A stretch of 64,000 bases of DNA from Octopus sinensis (taxonomy: Eukaryota). The DNA is taken from the NCBI RefSeq assembly GCF_006345805.1, contig NC_043011.1, forward strand, positions 21,340,464 to 21,404,463. Direction: 5' to 3'. Shown one piece after another: positions 24,239-39,345 of this stretch (the first letter of the stretch is position 1; every line of letters starts with the position of its first letter). The notes beneath the pieces were generated by a model. That model searched no databases. It had not been told where the DNA came from and saw only the letters and a program-made list of their open reading frames with translations. Made by a program: the position numbers and the translations under genes.

Positions 24239-24408
24239 ATCCAAACATGAACAAGGTGTTATTGGACGCTCAGGAAAAGAAAGAAAGAAAGAAGGAGAAT
24301 TTTTAACGTTTCGAGCGGAGCTCTTCGTCAGAAACATACAAAAAGGAAAGGTCCAAGGAAGGGAAGACGGAGAAAGAAAATCGCCAACGATACACACGCG
24401 GTCACATA
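24233..24408 (-). mobile_element. Short hammerhead-bearing repeat inside (TA)n
   Basis: Homologous to 5606-5817, with an intact HHR core at 24301-24335. Confidence 0.65.
24301..24335 (-). ncRNA. Minimal type I hammerhead ribozyme motif
   Basis: Minus strand reads GTTT-CTGACGA-A-GAGC-TCC-GCTC-GAAA-CG-TT-AAAA: CUGANGA and GAAA cores, 4-bp stem II, palindromic AACGTT stem III. Confidence 0.6.
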
Positions 24409-24415
24409 TATAATA

Positions 24416-24506
<91 letters not shown>

Positions 24507-25245
24507 ATATATATATATCCCTAGCTATATCTCTCATGTATGTATGTATGCATGTATGTATGTATGTATAAAATGAATAGTAACTAAATGCCCTATAAAT
24601 CATACTCTACCGTCAAAAGAAAAGAAAAGATCCATCATATAATGTAGTTCTGGTTACTCTGTTCCCGGGGGAAAGAAGTGGGATAGACACGGTTGAAACG
24701 TCTTTCATCATCGATCTATTCGATTAGGGAGCAACTCGGGTATAAAAAGCAGCAACGATTTGTTTCCTGGTATTCCAAGCATTGTGGTTGCCTTCTGTAA
24801 GTCATTATGTAGTTGCTCAGCTTGTGATAAATAGCGGTCAAGTCTCTGCAAAATCATATTTCACTATCTTAACACAAAAGGTGATTGCAGTCCTCAGTAT
24901 GATATACCATGTTTTGAGGAAATTGGAAACGAAAATGGCTAGATCGTCTTGGCTCATAGACATACTCGAACACGGAATGATCTGAAACTAAACAGCAACG
25001 ACCTGTTATGGATAGATATTTATAAATTGATATTTAAAAGAGATACGAAATAATGTGATTATAAATAAATACATATCAGTATATGCTTAGCCTCGCTGTG
25101 AAATTAGGCCTATGAGAGCCATTACGAGAGTTAGGATAAATATGCATACATACATACATACATACAAACATACATACATACATAGTGCATTTTATTAATA
25201 ATCGGCAGAAGGTACAGAGTGACTCACTGACTGAGAGATATAGCT

Positions 25246-25284
<39 letters not shown>

Positions 25285-25298
25285 TATATATATATAAT

Positions 25299-25380
<82 letters not shown>

Positions 25381-25399
25381 GTCGTGTGCATGTGTATGT

Positions 25400-25435
<36 letters not shown>

Positions 25436-26799
25436 GAAATATATATATAGAGAGAGCTTTTGACGTTACCTAAAGATCGACGAATCTTGATCTGTCCAAA
25501 AGTAATGCTGAACTATATTAAAAAAAAATATGCCTTAAATCAAGACCTCGCTGTTCCACTGAGTGGATAACACAGGCTGCAATACGTAAGGAAATACACA
25601 AAGAGTTGAAATTCACAACTGAAATCGAACATATTTCATTAGAGAGAGACAACTGGATTTGATAGTAAAATTCAATATTTAGCTTAAATTTTAAGTTGAT
25701 TCTCTGTCCTGGTTTCTTGCTGACTCCTGTGTTAAATAGTATACATTAGAACTTGAAAAGCGGAATGAGAATAACTGCACTTCACCGATTAGCAGAGATC
25801 ATTAAGCTTGAATATTGATTTGCTTTGTGTGTGGAGTTTATAATCACGCCATATATCGGGCTGTAGGTTCAACCAGTCTGCAGGTCAAAGTTCACTCTTT
25901 AAGGAATATGCTTCAATGCTTGAAGTAAATGTTTCTATGTATGGGAGTACACAAATGTCTCTTCTCTCATGTTTAAGATATAGCCTGGTCATAATTGACA
26001 GTGCAGCGGTTGCATATTCTTACCTTTGTGATCGTTAAATGGTTTTAACCCTTGCAAAAATATTTTCATAGCGCAACGGCACAAATTTCAAGCTATACCA
26101 AACCAGTAGATTTTGAAATTACTGAAGCAACAGGCGATGTATGATCGCGAAGCGAATTCATTATATAGTCGGCCATAATGTACATACATACATACATACA
26201 TACATACATACATACATACATACATACATACATTAAGTATTTACATACTTACGAATATATATATAAATTAATAAATAAATAAAACATATGCATATATACA
26301 TACATATATGTACGTACCTACCTCTACATGTATATATACATGCATATATGGGTACAGGACACCCAAAAAACGTTGAACACTATGAGAAACGAAAACATAA
26401 ACACAAAACCAAGGAAATGGACATTTTTTTAAAACAACGAAAAAATAGAGTACAGGACATACAAAACAAGGAAATCCCCTTCTTCAGTCGCCTTAATTTC
26501 ATCTATGCCACGTTTCGAAGGTCAAGCATATATATATATGCTAGCGTGTGTACGTACGTATGAATGTATGTATCAATATAAAAACGTATGTACATATATG
26601 TATATATATTTATTATTCTTATACAAGAATGTTGTTGACAGCGATTTCAATTGCTCGGCTGGCAGAAGCTTCGAAGTCACAGTCACCAACGTTCTTGTAT
26701 AAGAATAATAAATTTGTACAATACAAAAGTATAGAGTAACCCATCAGACTAATGTAAAATTGTTTGTATTACAACTGAACATAAAACAAGCATTAGTAT

Positions 26800-26862
26800 A
26801 TATATATGTATATATATGTATATATATCAATGTATAAACGTGTGTGTATACATATATACATA

Positions 26863-26914
<52 letters not shown>

Positions 26915-26968
26915 CATACATATATACATACATACATACATACATACATACATACATACATACATACA

Positions 26969-27004
<36 letters not shown>

Positions 27005-27007
27005 TAT
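26800..27007. repeat. (TA)n/(TACA)n microsatellite
   Basis: Directly visible. Confidence 0.95.
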
Positions 27008-27199
27008 GACTTAACATCGCCTCATTCTTCGATCACGAAGTTCATCGATATAGATTTATATTGATGAAAATCGATATATATATAAATATATTGAATGCTA
27101 AAATCTTCATAGAAGATATTTCACTCAAAATCGATAAATAATGAAATTGTTACAATTTGATAGTAATTGTGTTGAATAGAAAGTGAGATCGATAAATCT

Positions 27200-27575
27200 A
27201 TTACTTTTTCAAACTGATGACAATCAAATTACGATGCTGTGGTTTATCTCTGTTAAATGTCTGACTGCGAAGAGGCCGAGCTGAGTGTTTCGAATTTGGG
27301 CAATTTTTACAGTAGGGCCACCATCGGTCAGCATTGACCATACACCTACAATTATATGTACATTCCTAGACAAGATATTTTGAAGAAATATTTGTCCATG
27401 CAACACTCTCTTATTCTCGTCATCTATGTTTAGCCAAGGAAAAGGCCGCTGACTGGTACAAAAACAGCTTATTACCAACGTATTGTAGGCGTTACTATTA
27501 GTAACACAGAGATGGAACACATACCGTCAGACATCTTGCCCGACCCTCTAACACTTCCATCAACCCAGCACCCTA
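27200..27575 (-). pseudogene. Probable RTE-clade LINE C-terminal relic
   Basis: Minus translation GSVRGSGKMSDG...YNTLVIS...IRNTQLGLFAVRHL loosely resembles RTE post-RT motifs. Confidence 0.4.
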
Positions 27576-27599
27576 GATTTGATTTACTTTACATACGCT

Positions 27600-27990
27600 C
27601 GGGCATCGTTGTGTGGTTAAGCTCAAGTGAATCCGAGTTCAGCCTCACTGCGTGGCACCTTGGGCAAATGCGTTCTATTATACGTTGTGTCGAGCAATGC
27701 CTTGTAAATGAATTTGAGAGACGGAGACTGTGCGGAAGTCCGTGTTTACGCGCGCCTGTGCATGTGTGTATGTATGTATGTGTTTGTGTGTGGTGTTTGT
27801 GTTTGTCCCCCACACGCCACTTGACAGCCGGTGTTGCTTTGTTTATGTACCGTAACTGTGGTTCAGCAGAAGAAAACGATATAAATAACGGGCTTAAAAA
27901 TAAGTACCGGCATCGATTTTTGTTCTACTAAACCTTTCAAGGCGGTTTCCCAACATTAACAAAGTCCAATGACTGAAACGAGTAAAAGGT
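27600..27990 (+). mobile_element. SINE family C, degenerate
   Basis: CACTGCGTGGCACCTTGGGCAAATG...GACTGAAACGAGTAAAAG. Confidence 0.65.
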
Positions 27991-28459
27991 GAACGGTGAA
28001 AGATAATTCATCTATTGTATTTTCTTCGTGACAATTATAGATTTCTAAAATCAGACAAACGTTCAGGCGTGTAGTGGAGGCTAAATAAAGCTGCTTGGCA
28101 TATTTATTTATTTAATTTTTCTTTGTGTATATTTCGATGAATGAGACCAGATTGTGGCAAGACTGCACTCGGATAAATTAAATTAGCCACATATTGCTCA
28201 AAATTGTGTGACTTTTGTATGACTCCTCGGCACACAGAAACGCAAAAGTTTATTTATGTACTTGTACACACGAGTAGCATTTTATTCGTTCACTGGTTTT
28301 AATCATATGACTGTGGCAAATGTCTGGGAACCACCTTGAAATATGTCATCGATCGTATCGATCTCCACTATGACTACCACAACCACGATCACTCGATCAC
28401 TCTACCAGCTCATCACCATTCCACCCCTACCCCCATCACCGCCACAACCACCATCACTC

Positions 28460-28635
28460 TTTTACTCTTTTACTTGTTTCAGTCACTTGACTGCGGCCAT
28501 GCTGGAGCACCGCCTTTAGTCGAGCAAATCGACCCCATGACTTACTCTTTGTAAGCCTAGTACTTATTCTATCGGTCTCTTTTGCCGAACTTTTGCTAAG
28601 TTACGGGGGCGTAAACACACCAGCATCGGTTGTCA
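28460..28635 (-). mobile_element. SINE family C, 3' part
   Basis: ACTCTTTTACTCTTTTACTTGTTTCAGTCACTTGACTGCGGCCATGCTGGAGCACC. Confidence 0.8.
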
Positions 28636-28849
28636 TTAGTCAATCAATTGAAGGATTGATTAAATATACAAACTAGTGTGCAACTGTTGTATTGCGCTAA
28701 ACTATTCGGAACACGTGTAAGCTAAATAAATCGTTGATAATACATTATTTTTTTCCTACTCACACACACAAATATGTATATATGCACATATATGCATATA
28801 TATATATGCATCCATATTATTATCTCTTTCTCCGTCTCTCTCTCTCTCT

Positions 28850-28898
<49 letters not shown>

Positions 28899-29535
28899 TT
28901 CACCCTTATTATTTTAAATATATATATATCTATTATATAAAATCCGTTCTGTCTGTGTGTGTGTGTGTGTCTTCTAGGATCTTGGATATCCTTCATCCGA
29001 TTGCGCTCAAATTTGATATGTAGATACCGACGGTATCAGGGCGTGTATAAGTCTTGAAAAAATTACAAAAATCGATTCCAGGAGACAATGCGATCGATAA
29101 AGCCGTGGGAACGTGCATTTGTGCGCGCAATAAAATCGCTTTCCTTTGGAATAGAAGAAAGTCTATATTTCATTCTTCTTTTGCTGGTATCTCAAATTTA
29201 GGTAAAATCAGTGTTTCTCAAATGGGAGGCCTATGGCATGATCGGACAAGTTGTTTTGAGAAAATTTGGTTTACATGCTTGACAACTCAGCACCGTCCAT
29301 TGGACGGTGGGGAGGGGGGCGTTTTGCTCGTATATATATATATATATATACCTTTCACGCTCAAAGATACATACACAGACATAGATACATACAGGCAGAC
29401 AGACACAGATAGATAGATAGATAGATAGATAGATATCATATTGAGCATTCCCTTCCGTTTGTAAACCCAAACATTCTCGTTTAAATATAAGTGTATGTGT
29501 GTGCATATATATGCGTGTGTGTGAATGTGTGTACG

Positions 29536-29567
<32 letters not shown>

Positions 29568-30040
29568 CATACATAGATACATACATACATACATACACAT
29601 ATGTGTGTGTGTGTCTGTCTGTCTGTGTGTGTGCATATATATTGCATACACACATGCTCACATACAATGCACACATACACATACATACATACATATCACG
29701 TAACATGAGAATGTGAATGAATTGTATTGCACTTTAATGATCAAATGGAAGTTTGTTACGTCAGGAGAAACGAGATGCAGAGAGAGAGAGAGGGGGGGTT
29801 AGGGTAATAGGAAAGAAAGAAGGAGGGAGAGAGGGAGGGAAAGAAATCATTACAGGCGTTTGCCTCGCTTTCATACCTTCTAACCGGATGCTCAAAGTTG
29901 TTCACACGGTCAGACTTACTGGTTTCCCATGCTTTTGTAGGCTTTTTACTGTGGTGTAACACTGCCGTCAATCGGATATTTCCTTTCCATTTTCATGAGC
30001 CATTGACGGGAGACGACTAGATACACATGCACACAAATGA

Positions 30041-30077
<37 letters not shown>

Positions 30078-30337
30078 ACACGCACAGAAATATACACACT
30101 TGTATGCACGCATGTATGTGTGTGCGTGTGTGTATGTATATATAAATACCTACACATATACATATATATATACACACACATATATATATATATACATACA
30201 TAAATACACACACACACAAACACACATATATATATATATATACATACATACATACACACGCACACACACACACATACAGCGAGAGAAAAGGGAGAGTGGA
30301 GACAGAGAAGAGGTAGATAAAGAGGCAGCAAACAACT

Positions 30338-30377
<40 letters not shown>

Positions 30378-30989
30378 GGCAGACAGATAGACAGACAGGC
30401 AGGCAGATAGGCAGACAGGCAAGCCAAGTATTCCAACCAATTGGTATTTTACTCTTCATCTTACCATCCTCGTTTTCATCATTATCATCGTCATCGTCAT
30501 CATCGCCTTATAATTAGCAGCAATTATAATTAGCAGCAACGTCGACCGCCCTGGTTATCATTATCATTATCAACGTCATTATCGATCGTCGTCCATCTGG
30601 AAATTAATGGTGGTATCCTAAACAAAAGCGGTGGTAAATTGGCAGATAAAACACCTTGTGGTATCTAGTTACATCTTTTTGAGCTCTTAGTTCAAATTTC
30701 ATTGATTTCATTGATTGTTCTATGATCTATGAAAGGAGCATCAGCGAAATACCGGAATCCGTTAACTCGACGAAATCCCTTCCCACAAAAATGTGTGGTC
30801 TGGTGCCATTTGTGAAATCAATATCATTTTTCTAAGTCAGATAAATTGATTGGTACAATTGTTAAGAGATCTTTAGTTGCGCGTAGCTTTATGCCCTGCA
30901 TGAGTTTGCCCTCGTTTTTATTCTCCAAGAGTTCAGTTTTGGTGTAGATGCAATTGATATAATACACTAACCTGTTGTGCCATCTTGTT

Positions 30990-31850
30990 GGAGAGTTACA
31001 CCTTCGTCCCCCATTGTTGCAATAACCCAGGGACTACTTTAACATGTTGGTTGATTTTTACACCCTCTTCAATGAAAATTCGAGGAATTTTCATGCCATT
31101 TGAGGTCACACCTGGATGCAGATTTCTGTCGTCGAAAGGATAATTCTTTTTCGACAAGAATGTCTTCTTTATTTACTGCATATATACAATCATATATTTG
31201 TTTTGCGCAAATGAAGACACATACAATAGAAATACAAAATGGCTGACGGTTAGTAAGGAGAGACACACAAATAAGAAAGAAGAAAGCAAAGGACCACTGA
31301 TGCGGTCACAGGAGTGTGACGAAAGAACTCTGGCCGAAATAAGATTAAGATTAATGTAAAAAATAAATAACGCTAAAGCAAAATAACACCAAATATATAG
31401 TGCGTGTGTATATTGGCTTAACTGGCAAAATGACCATTCCTAAATACAACAATATATACAATCATTTTGTGAATTGTGCCACGCTTGTACACTGAATAAC
31501 TTTTCATCTGTGAGCAGTATTGGTAGCTGCGTGCTTTTGATATCTTGTATGGGAATAATTGAAGATCATTTTTCAACAATTTATGCATAGTTTCATACCT
31601 TGTACCAGTCTCTGAAGCGAGTTTTCTGATGCTTCCTTTTGGGTTACGCCTGATCTTTTCTTTGGTGTTTTTGATGAGATTCTGAGTTCTCACTGATCGG
31701 CATGGAGTAGTTCTCACTTTTGGTAAGCAAGAACCGGTCTCTGTTATTCGTTTGCTTATTGATCTGCTGACAGTAGGTTTCAAAATCTTGCAAAGCTCAC
31801 TAGGGGTTTTCCTTTTCTTAAATTGCTTTATTTATTCCACTCATACTAGC
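30990..31850 (-). pseudogene. Tc1/mariner (maT/DD37D-like) transposase relic in two collinear pieces
   Basis: 31510-31850 gives RTQNLIKNTKEKIRRNPKGSIRKLASETG..MHKLLKNDLQLFPYKI (HTH region). 30990-31170 gives FRRQKSAS..GVTSNGMKIPRIFIEEGVKINQ..VTLQQDG (catalytic region). Confidence 0.8.
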
Positions 31851-32289
31851 TTAAATACTAGCTTCAAGTAGACTAAATTTCAAGTATAAATTAGCTTCAA
31901 TACTACCTTAAATGTTAAGAGTATTAAATTTCTGAAATAAAAACGAGGAGGAGGAGGATATTTTATTTTAACTTATTCATTTTCATATTTTGGCATTGTA
32001 CTTGTCTGGTAAACGACCTTGTATGAATCCATATGTTAAAACTGGTGCAATTGCGTTGTGCTCCTGCACAATGTAATTATATGTTTCAACATAAGAATTT
32101 TAGTCATCTAAAAACACCGAGGTTGTCTTTGCTTTTCATCCTTTTGGGTTGACAAAATAGATACCAATTGAGTATCGAGGTCGATATAATTGGCTTCCCT
32201 TTCCCTCAAAATTGCTGGCCGACTGCGAAAATTAAAGCAGAATAAAGATTATTTTTTTCCCCTGGGGTCATCGTTGATCAATAAAAAAA

Positions 32290-32541
32290 TAAAAATGCGC
32301 CCTTTTAAAGCCTAGCCAGACTCATGGACCCGGCTTCCCGGTTTCAATAGCTTATGTGTTTCCCAGCTTGACGGGACGCCAGTCCATCGCAGCGTTACTC
32401 ATTTTTGCCAGCTGAGTGGACTGGAGCAACGTGAAATGAAGTGTGTTGCTCAAGAACACAACGCGTCGCTCGGTCCAGGAATCGAAACCACAATCTTACG
32501 ATCATGATGCTGACACCCTAACTACTAAGCCACGCGCCTCC
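32290..32541 (-). mobile_element. SINE family V
   Basis: Near-identical to 170-421. Confidence 0.85.
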
Positions 32542-33319
32542 ATCATCGCTGATCAAGCTAACCTATAATCAAAGGCATTTCGATAGTGACCATTCCATCC
32601 TTTGGAGGTATGTAGCACTACATTATCCAACGTATCATTTGTTAAATCGTCGGGAAGACACTGGATTATGCAGCCCCACATAATTCTAAAATTATCCCGA
32701 AGTCGGATGTGACTTGAGGAGATTTGTGTTATGTCATGCAAGTTGAGCGACCATACAGATGCTCCATCGTTGGCTCGTAAAAGCACTTGGCTGAGATGGC
32801 GAAATGATCTGTTCATACTTCTGTTCATACTTCGTTTTTGCGGGGGAGGGGATCTCTGTTGCTATAGTTATATAAAAGAGTTTGTTGTAAAATGCTGACG
32901 GTACCTTTGGTCATTTTCTCTCATTTCATTCACTCCCCCGTCACTCTCTCATTGTTTTTTCTTCGTTCGTTACTTATTCATTTGTTTTCTTATTGTTTAC
33001 ACATTCGTTTCCTGTGGTTATGATGTCTTTGTCATCAAGTTCCTGTTTATTCCGAAACTGATGTCTGTATCTAGTCGCTTCGATTCTATAGGAAATAGAT
33101 TTATGAGCTTGTCATGTTCCCTAATATATACATCAAATATATACAAATCATACAGTTGTTATTTTCCAATATATTTCCAACTAAATAAGTCCTTTGCCTT
33201 CTGGCATCTTTAGTAAATATGAACTGCCACTATATTATCTTGTTCCTAAACATTATAAAGTAAATATTTTAACAAACTGATCTCGAAAAAGGAGAAACAA
33301 GCAATATAAGATCTCTGAT

Positions 33320-33713
33320 AATAATATATCTCCTCCAGTTGGCCACAATTAGGTGGCAAATATACTTCACGAGGTCGTGCTACTACTGTTTACATCTCAC
33401 TCAGAGATTTATTATTGCTTGTTTCTCCTTTTCGAGACTAGCGACCGTTTGTCACTGGAAAAGGTATATAGTATTTTTCGTTTGGAATCACGTTTCACCC
33501 CTAGCCAGTGATTGTCACACTCTGATGAAGGGTTACTACCCAGAAATCCGGGTCCGCCGTATCACGTCAGGCTAGAGATGGGAACGATGACGTCCCATCG
33601 CAAATTCTGATCGGGTATAACCATCTGGAGGAGATGTCTTCCTGGGCCTATAAACTACAATAGCATCGTCCAATATGGGTCAGCTACATTTAGGTGGCAA
33701 ATATACTTCACGA
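33320..33713 (+). mobile_element. ~390-bp element with 24-bp direct repeats and a degenerate hammerhead motif
   Basis: TTAGGTGGCAAATATACTTCACGA at 33349-33372 and 33690-33713; HHR-like core at 33522-33554; ends in (TA)n. Confidence 0.55.
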
Positions 33714-34649
33714 TATATATATATAATATATATATATATGTAAGGGAAAGGGAGAGGGCAGAGATATGCACAGGTGTGTGTGTGTTTGGGTGTATGTGTA
33801 CGTTTCACAATGCACATGTCAAGTAACACTATGCGAACAAGCATAATATACATATTATCAGATATAAACTAACAATGACCTCTCATGACAGCCCAAATAT
33901 CTTCCTAGCACCCCATTTAGCTAAAGTTACACAAAATATGTGTTATTTATATCGCAAATAATAAATAAATAACCACACACCCTGAATTAAAACTGTTTTA
34001 CCGCAACTTCTTTAATCATCTGTATTTATCTATCATTTTGATATATACCTACATCAGTGGGTCCAGCACAGAGCTTTACAAAGCAATTCTTTAATGAATG
34101 TTCACACGAATTTCTCAAAAGAAAAGTAAAAAGATTTTCTCTAAAAGTTGTTTAATTTCTAGTTTTATTTTATAGAAATGTTACAGATTAACATTGGTAC
34201 ATTTTAAAACTTGTCACAAGTGTTTCGCCCCTCAGGCTACGAGGCAAAGCGTTTGTGACCCTGAGATACCTACTGATGATACGAAAAGATATCTGAGATT
34301 GCAACGAACTCAGAAGAGCTTGTAATACTTCCGAGTATCTCCTGCGGCAGTTTCTGTATGGGGCAAAGCATCTCCTATGTTTGTTTCAATTTTGTGAATT
34401 TTAAGACTTGTTTAACGTTGTTATACATCCACATCAGGAACCGATGATTTCTGCTAAGTTGTGAACAGCGTAAAAACTTTGTAGATAAAAGGAAGCTTCA
34501 AATTCTGTAAAATAATTCACCTCCAGTTCGCAATAAGAAATTTCGAGTAGCTACCCACACAGAGTCAGCTTTGAATTAATATTATATCATTCTAAGGCGG
34601 CGAGCTGGCAGAAACGTTAGCACGTCGGGCGAAATGTGTATCCGTATTT

Positions 34650-35210
34650 GTAACTTGGATAGATGAAATACAGATTTCTCAATAGTTCAGCGTAGGTATT
34701 CTTTTTCACTGAACTACAGCTTTATGTTAACATCCGTTGGGCAGCTAATTTCCACAACTGTGCACAGTTTCTCTTCTCTATCCTAAATTATTATATCAGG
34801 TCTATTGTGTTAACGTTTTATTGAGGTTTTCACTGGGACATTCCACCAGCACTCCTTTTTATTATGTGTGGCTACGACTTCTGCCATACTGTGGTTTCTT
34901 ATTTCTTTGTCCTCGGAGTTATCCTTCCGGCGGATTTCATTATATAGTGCCCTTGCTCCAACATCATATCTCATCGGTAAATAATACCATGATGACATTT
35001 TCGGATAACTGCTTATGATGTAGGTGATATCTTCGGTATCAACTCCACAAATTCTGCATCGGTTGTCACATTTTACTGCTTTTCCTGCATCTCTGTCCCT
35101 CTTTAGTTGATATTTACCCTTCCTGGATTGCAAACGCATCCTCTTTACTCTCGACACATGTTTCGAAGACAGCATACTTTCATTCCGAATTTTCCATGCT
35201 GACAATAAAC
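34650..35210 (-). pseudogene. R4/Dong-like LINE relic: zinc knuckle and restriction-like endonuclease (RLE)
   Basis: Minus translation CDNRCRICGVDTEDITYIISSYPKMSSWYYLPMRYDV...WWNVPVKTSIK..HNRPDIII..CTVVEISCPTDVN. Confidence 0.85.
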
Positions 35211-35233
35211 ATAGGATAATTCATTCACCTACT

Positions 35234-35307
<74 letters not shown>

Positions 35308-35372
35308 TATGTATCTATCTATATATATAAACACACACACACATATATTTATATATACATATCCATCCATCC

Positions 35373-35429
<57 letters not shown>

Positions 35430-35575
35430 AATGTAACGACATGTCAATCGATGGCAATTTTTTTCCTCCGTCTTCCTTTTCTATTGGCCTTTCCTCTGTT
35501 TCTGAAGAAGAGCTTTGCTCGAAAAGTAAAACTACCTTTCTTTCCTTCCCTGAACGTCTGATAATTCTTTATATG

Positions 35576-35914
35576 CGGCACTCCGTCGGTTACGACGACG
35601 AGAGTTCCAGTTGATCTGATCAACGGAACAGCCTGCTCGTTAAATTAACGTCGTTCTCGTGAAGATTCAGCGTGACACAGAGTGTGTCAAGGCTGGCCCT
35701 TTGAAATACAGGTAAAGAAGAAACAGGAAGAAAGGGTGAGAGAAATCTGTGGTGAAGAAGTACATCAGGGTTCTCCACGACCCACTGCCGGAGCCTCGTG
35801 GAATTCACGTGTTTTCGCTCAGTAAACACACACACAACGCCCAGTCTGGGAATCGAAACTGCAATCCTATGACCGCAAGTCCGGTGCCCTAACCACTGGA
35901 CCATTACGCCTCCA
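35576..35914 (-). mobile_element. SINE family A (tRNA-Arg-like)
   Basis: Reverse complement of 7305-7692 with an internal deletion. Confidence 0.85.
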
Positions 35915-36002
35915 CGCTAATACTTTACATGCACCACGTCCTCACGTTTTTTTTTGTGATTTTCTGTTTACTCTTCGTTTTTTGGGATTTATATATATAT
36001 AT

Positions 36003-36062
<60 letters not shown>

Positions 36063-36637
36063 TATATATATATATATATATACATACATACACTTATGTA
36101 TGTGTATACATATTTATGTATGTCTATCTATCTATTTATCTAAAAGTGTCTCTCTCTCTTTCTCTCTCTGTATATATATATAATATATGTATTTATATCC
36201 ACACATATATACTCAACTAACATAATAGTTACCATATGTATCTAGGACATCACTAAACTCAAGGAGAGAGTAACTGAAATAAAGACAAAATTGGTGCAGC
36301 GTAATGACACGAATTGTCTCTATGGAAGTTGGCTAGTTTCTGTAGATTGACGCAAGGAACGTGACTTTATTGCGTATTGGTTAAGAAATCTGATACGATG
36401 TATATATAAACTTCGCTAGATGAAATGGCTATGGCTTCTTACACATCCTCGAACAGAAACGAGTATGACATGGGCTAATTGATATTCAGTCCCAGATCAT
36501 CGAAACAAGATCGATGGACAAATTGCGAATGAATGAAACGACGAGTCGAGGGGAGAAATTTATTAAGCAAATACAAAAGAAAGACAGAAAGAAAGAAAGA
36601 AAGAGAGAGAGAGAAATAGAGGGAGAGGAAATGATTC

Positions 36638-37280
<643 letters not shown>

Positions 37281-38055
37281 TCATGTAATAAAAAACAATA
37301 CACCGATATTACTCACGCATATACCAATATGTATCTATAAGTGTAAATGCATACACACACATTCACGCACCACCTATACAGATACGCACACACATTCACG
37401 CACCACCCACACAGATACACACACACATACACACATACGCGCGCGGTTTTCAGAGGATTTTGGTAGATAACAGCAAATGGAAAAAATAAATGAGACGTAA
37501 TAATCATTGCCCCTTATTACTGTATCAAGGATAAATAAACTACAACAGGAAGTGCATGCAGCGATGAAAGAATGGGGGCTACTAATATAATGGTACCTTT
37601 ACAAACGAACCGGATATTAAGGCTATACGGAGCTAGTAAAACGGTCGAGGTGACAGTAAATGACAGGATATATGATGAAAAAAAATCTTAGTAAAGTGGA
37701 AAAGAAGGAATGAAGGAAAAAATACGTTCAAAATGAGAGCAACTGGAGCGAATTTTGTGTGGATAAACAATCCTATAAATAAAATGATATAAGTGAACGT
37801 TTGACAGACAATTGCAATAAGAGTAAATAAACGAAATGGGGAAGAAATGTCGACCAGGAGATTTTGAAAGAAGGAAGTGTAGAGTTAGATAAATAAATGA
37901 AAAAGTATATAAATAGGTGAATAAATTCAACATGTTTCAAGTGGAATAGTGGAATACGAGTCAAATTTGAAAACTAAAAGAAGAGTACAGGTAGGGGAGA
38001 GGAAGTGAGATATGGTCATCGCTATCTTCTCAAAGAATTAAGATAATGTACAATG

Positions 38056-38765
<710 letters not shown>

Positions 38766-38894
38766 AAATGGGATCGAATTGTTCGACAAAAAACACTGCA
38801 TGGCTGTGGTCCAGCATGGCCGCAGTCAAATGACGGAAACAAGTAAAAGAAAGAAAGAATAAAAGAGTATATAAATGTATATATACACACGCCT

Positions 38895-39110
38895 GAAGGG
38901 GTGCTGAAAAGTTCCTGGCTTTGAGTAAAAGAAAATACAGGAGGATCAGTTAATTATGATTTCATTCAACATATTCCCCTCTCAGATTCACAAACTTATT
39001 GCAGCAGTCCTTCAGTTTTTCTAAGCCCTGTAAAAGACCTCAGAATGTTGGGCCTCCAACCAGGCCTTTCGCTGCAGCCTTAAAACCAGGAACTTTTCAG
39101 CACATCCTTC
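38895..39110. mobile_element. Mariner-type MITE
   Basis: Imperfect TIRs GAAGGGGTGCTGAAAAGTTCCTGGCTTT and AAAACCAGGAACTTTTCAGCACATCCTTC; TA TSD not preserved. Confidence 0.7.
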
Positions 39111-39132
39111 TTCAATATGTATTGTGTATGTG

Positions 39133-39345
39133 TGGAGGTGCGTTGCTTAGTGGTTAGGATATTACATTCATGACCAAAAGACTGTGGTTTCGATTCCTCG
39201 ATCAGGCGCTGCTTTGAGTTCTTGAGCAAAATACTCCATTTTACGTTGCTCCAGTCTAGTCCATTAAGGTGGCAAAAACGAGTAATGGTGCGATGGAGCA
39301 GTGTTCCGTCCAGGGAGGGAATCCACACGCCAGGAAAGCTGCTTA
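39133..39345 (+). mobile_element. SINE family V, diverged
   Basis: GGAGGTGCGTTGCTTAGTGGTTAGG...GTTTCGATTCC...GCGATGGAGCAGTGTTCCGTCCAG. Confidence 0.7.

Noticed and set aside
34213-34259. Imperfect hairpin GTCACAA...TTGTGAC followed by CTGATGA-TAC-GAAA
   Set aside because: There is no stem II between the cores and no stem I or III, so it is not a credible hammerhead. The hairpin is probably a decayed inverted repeat.
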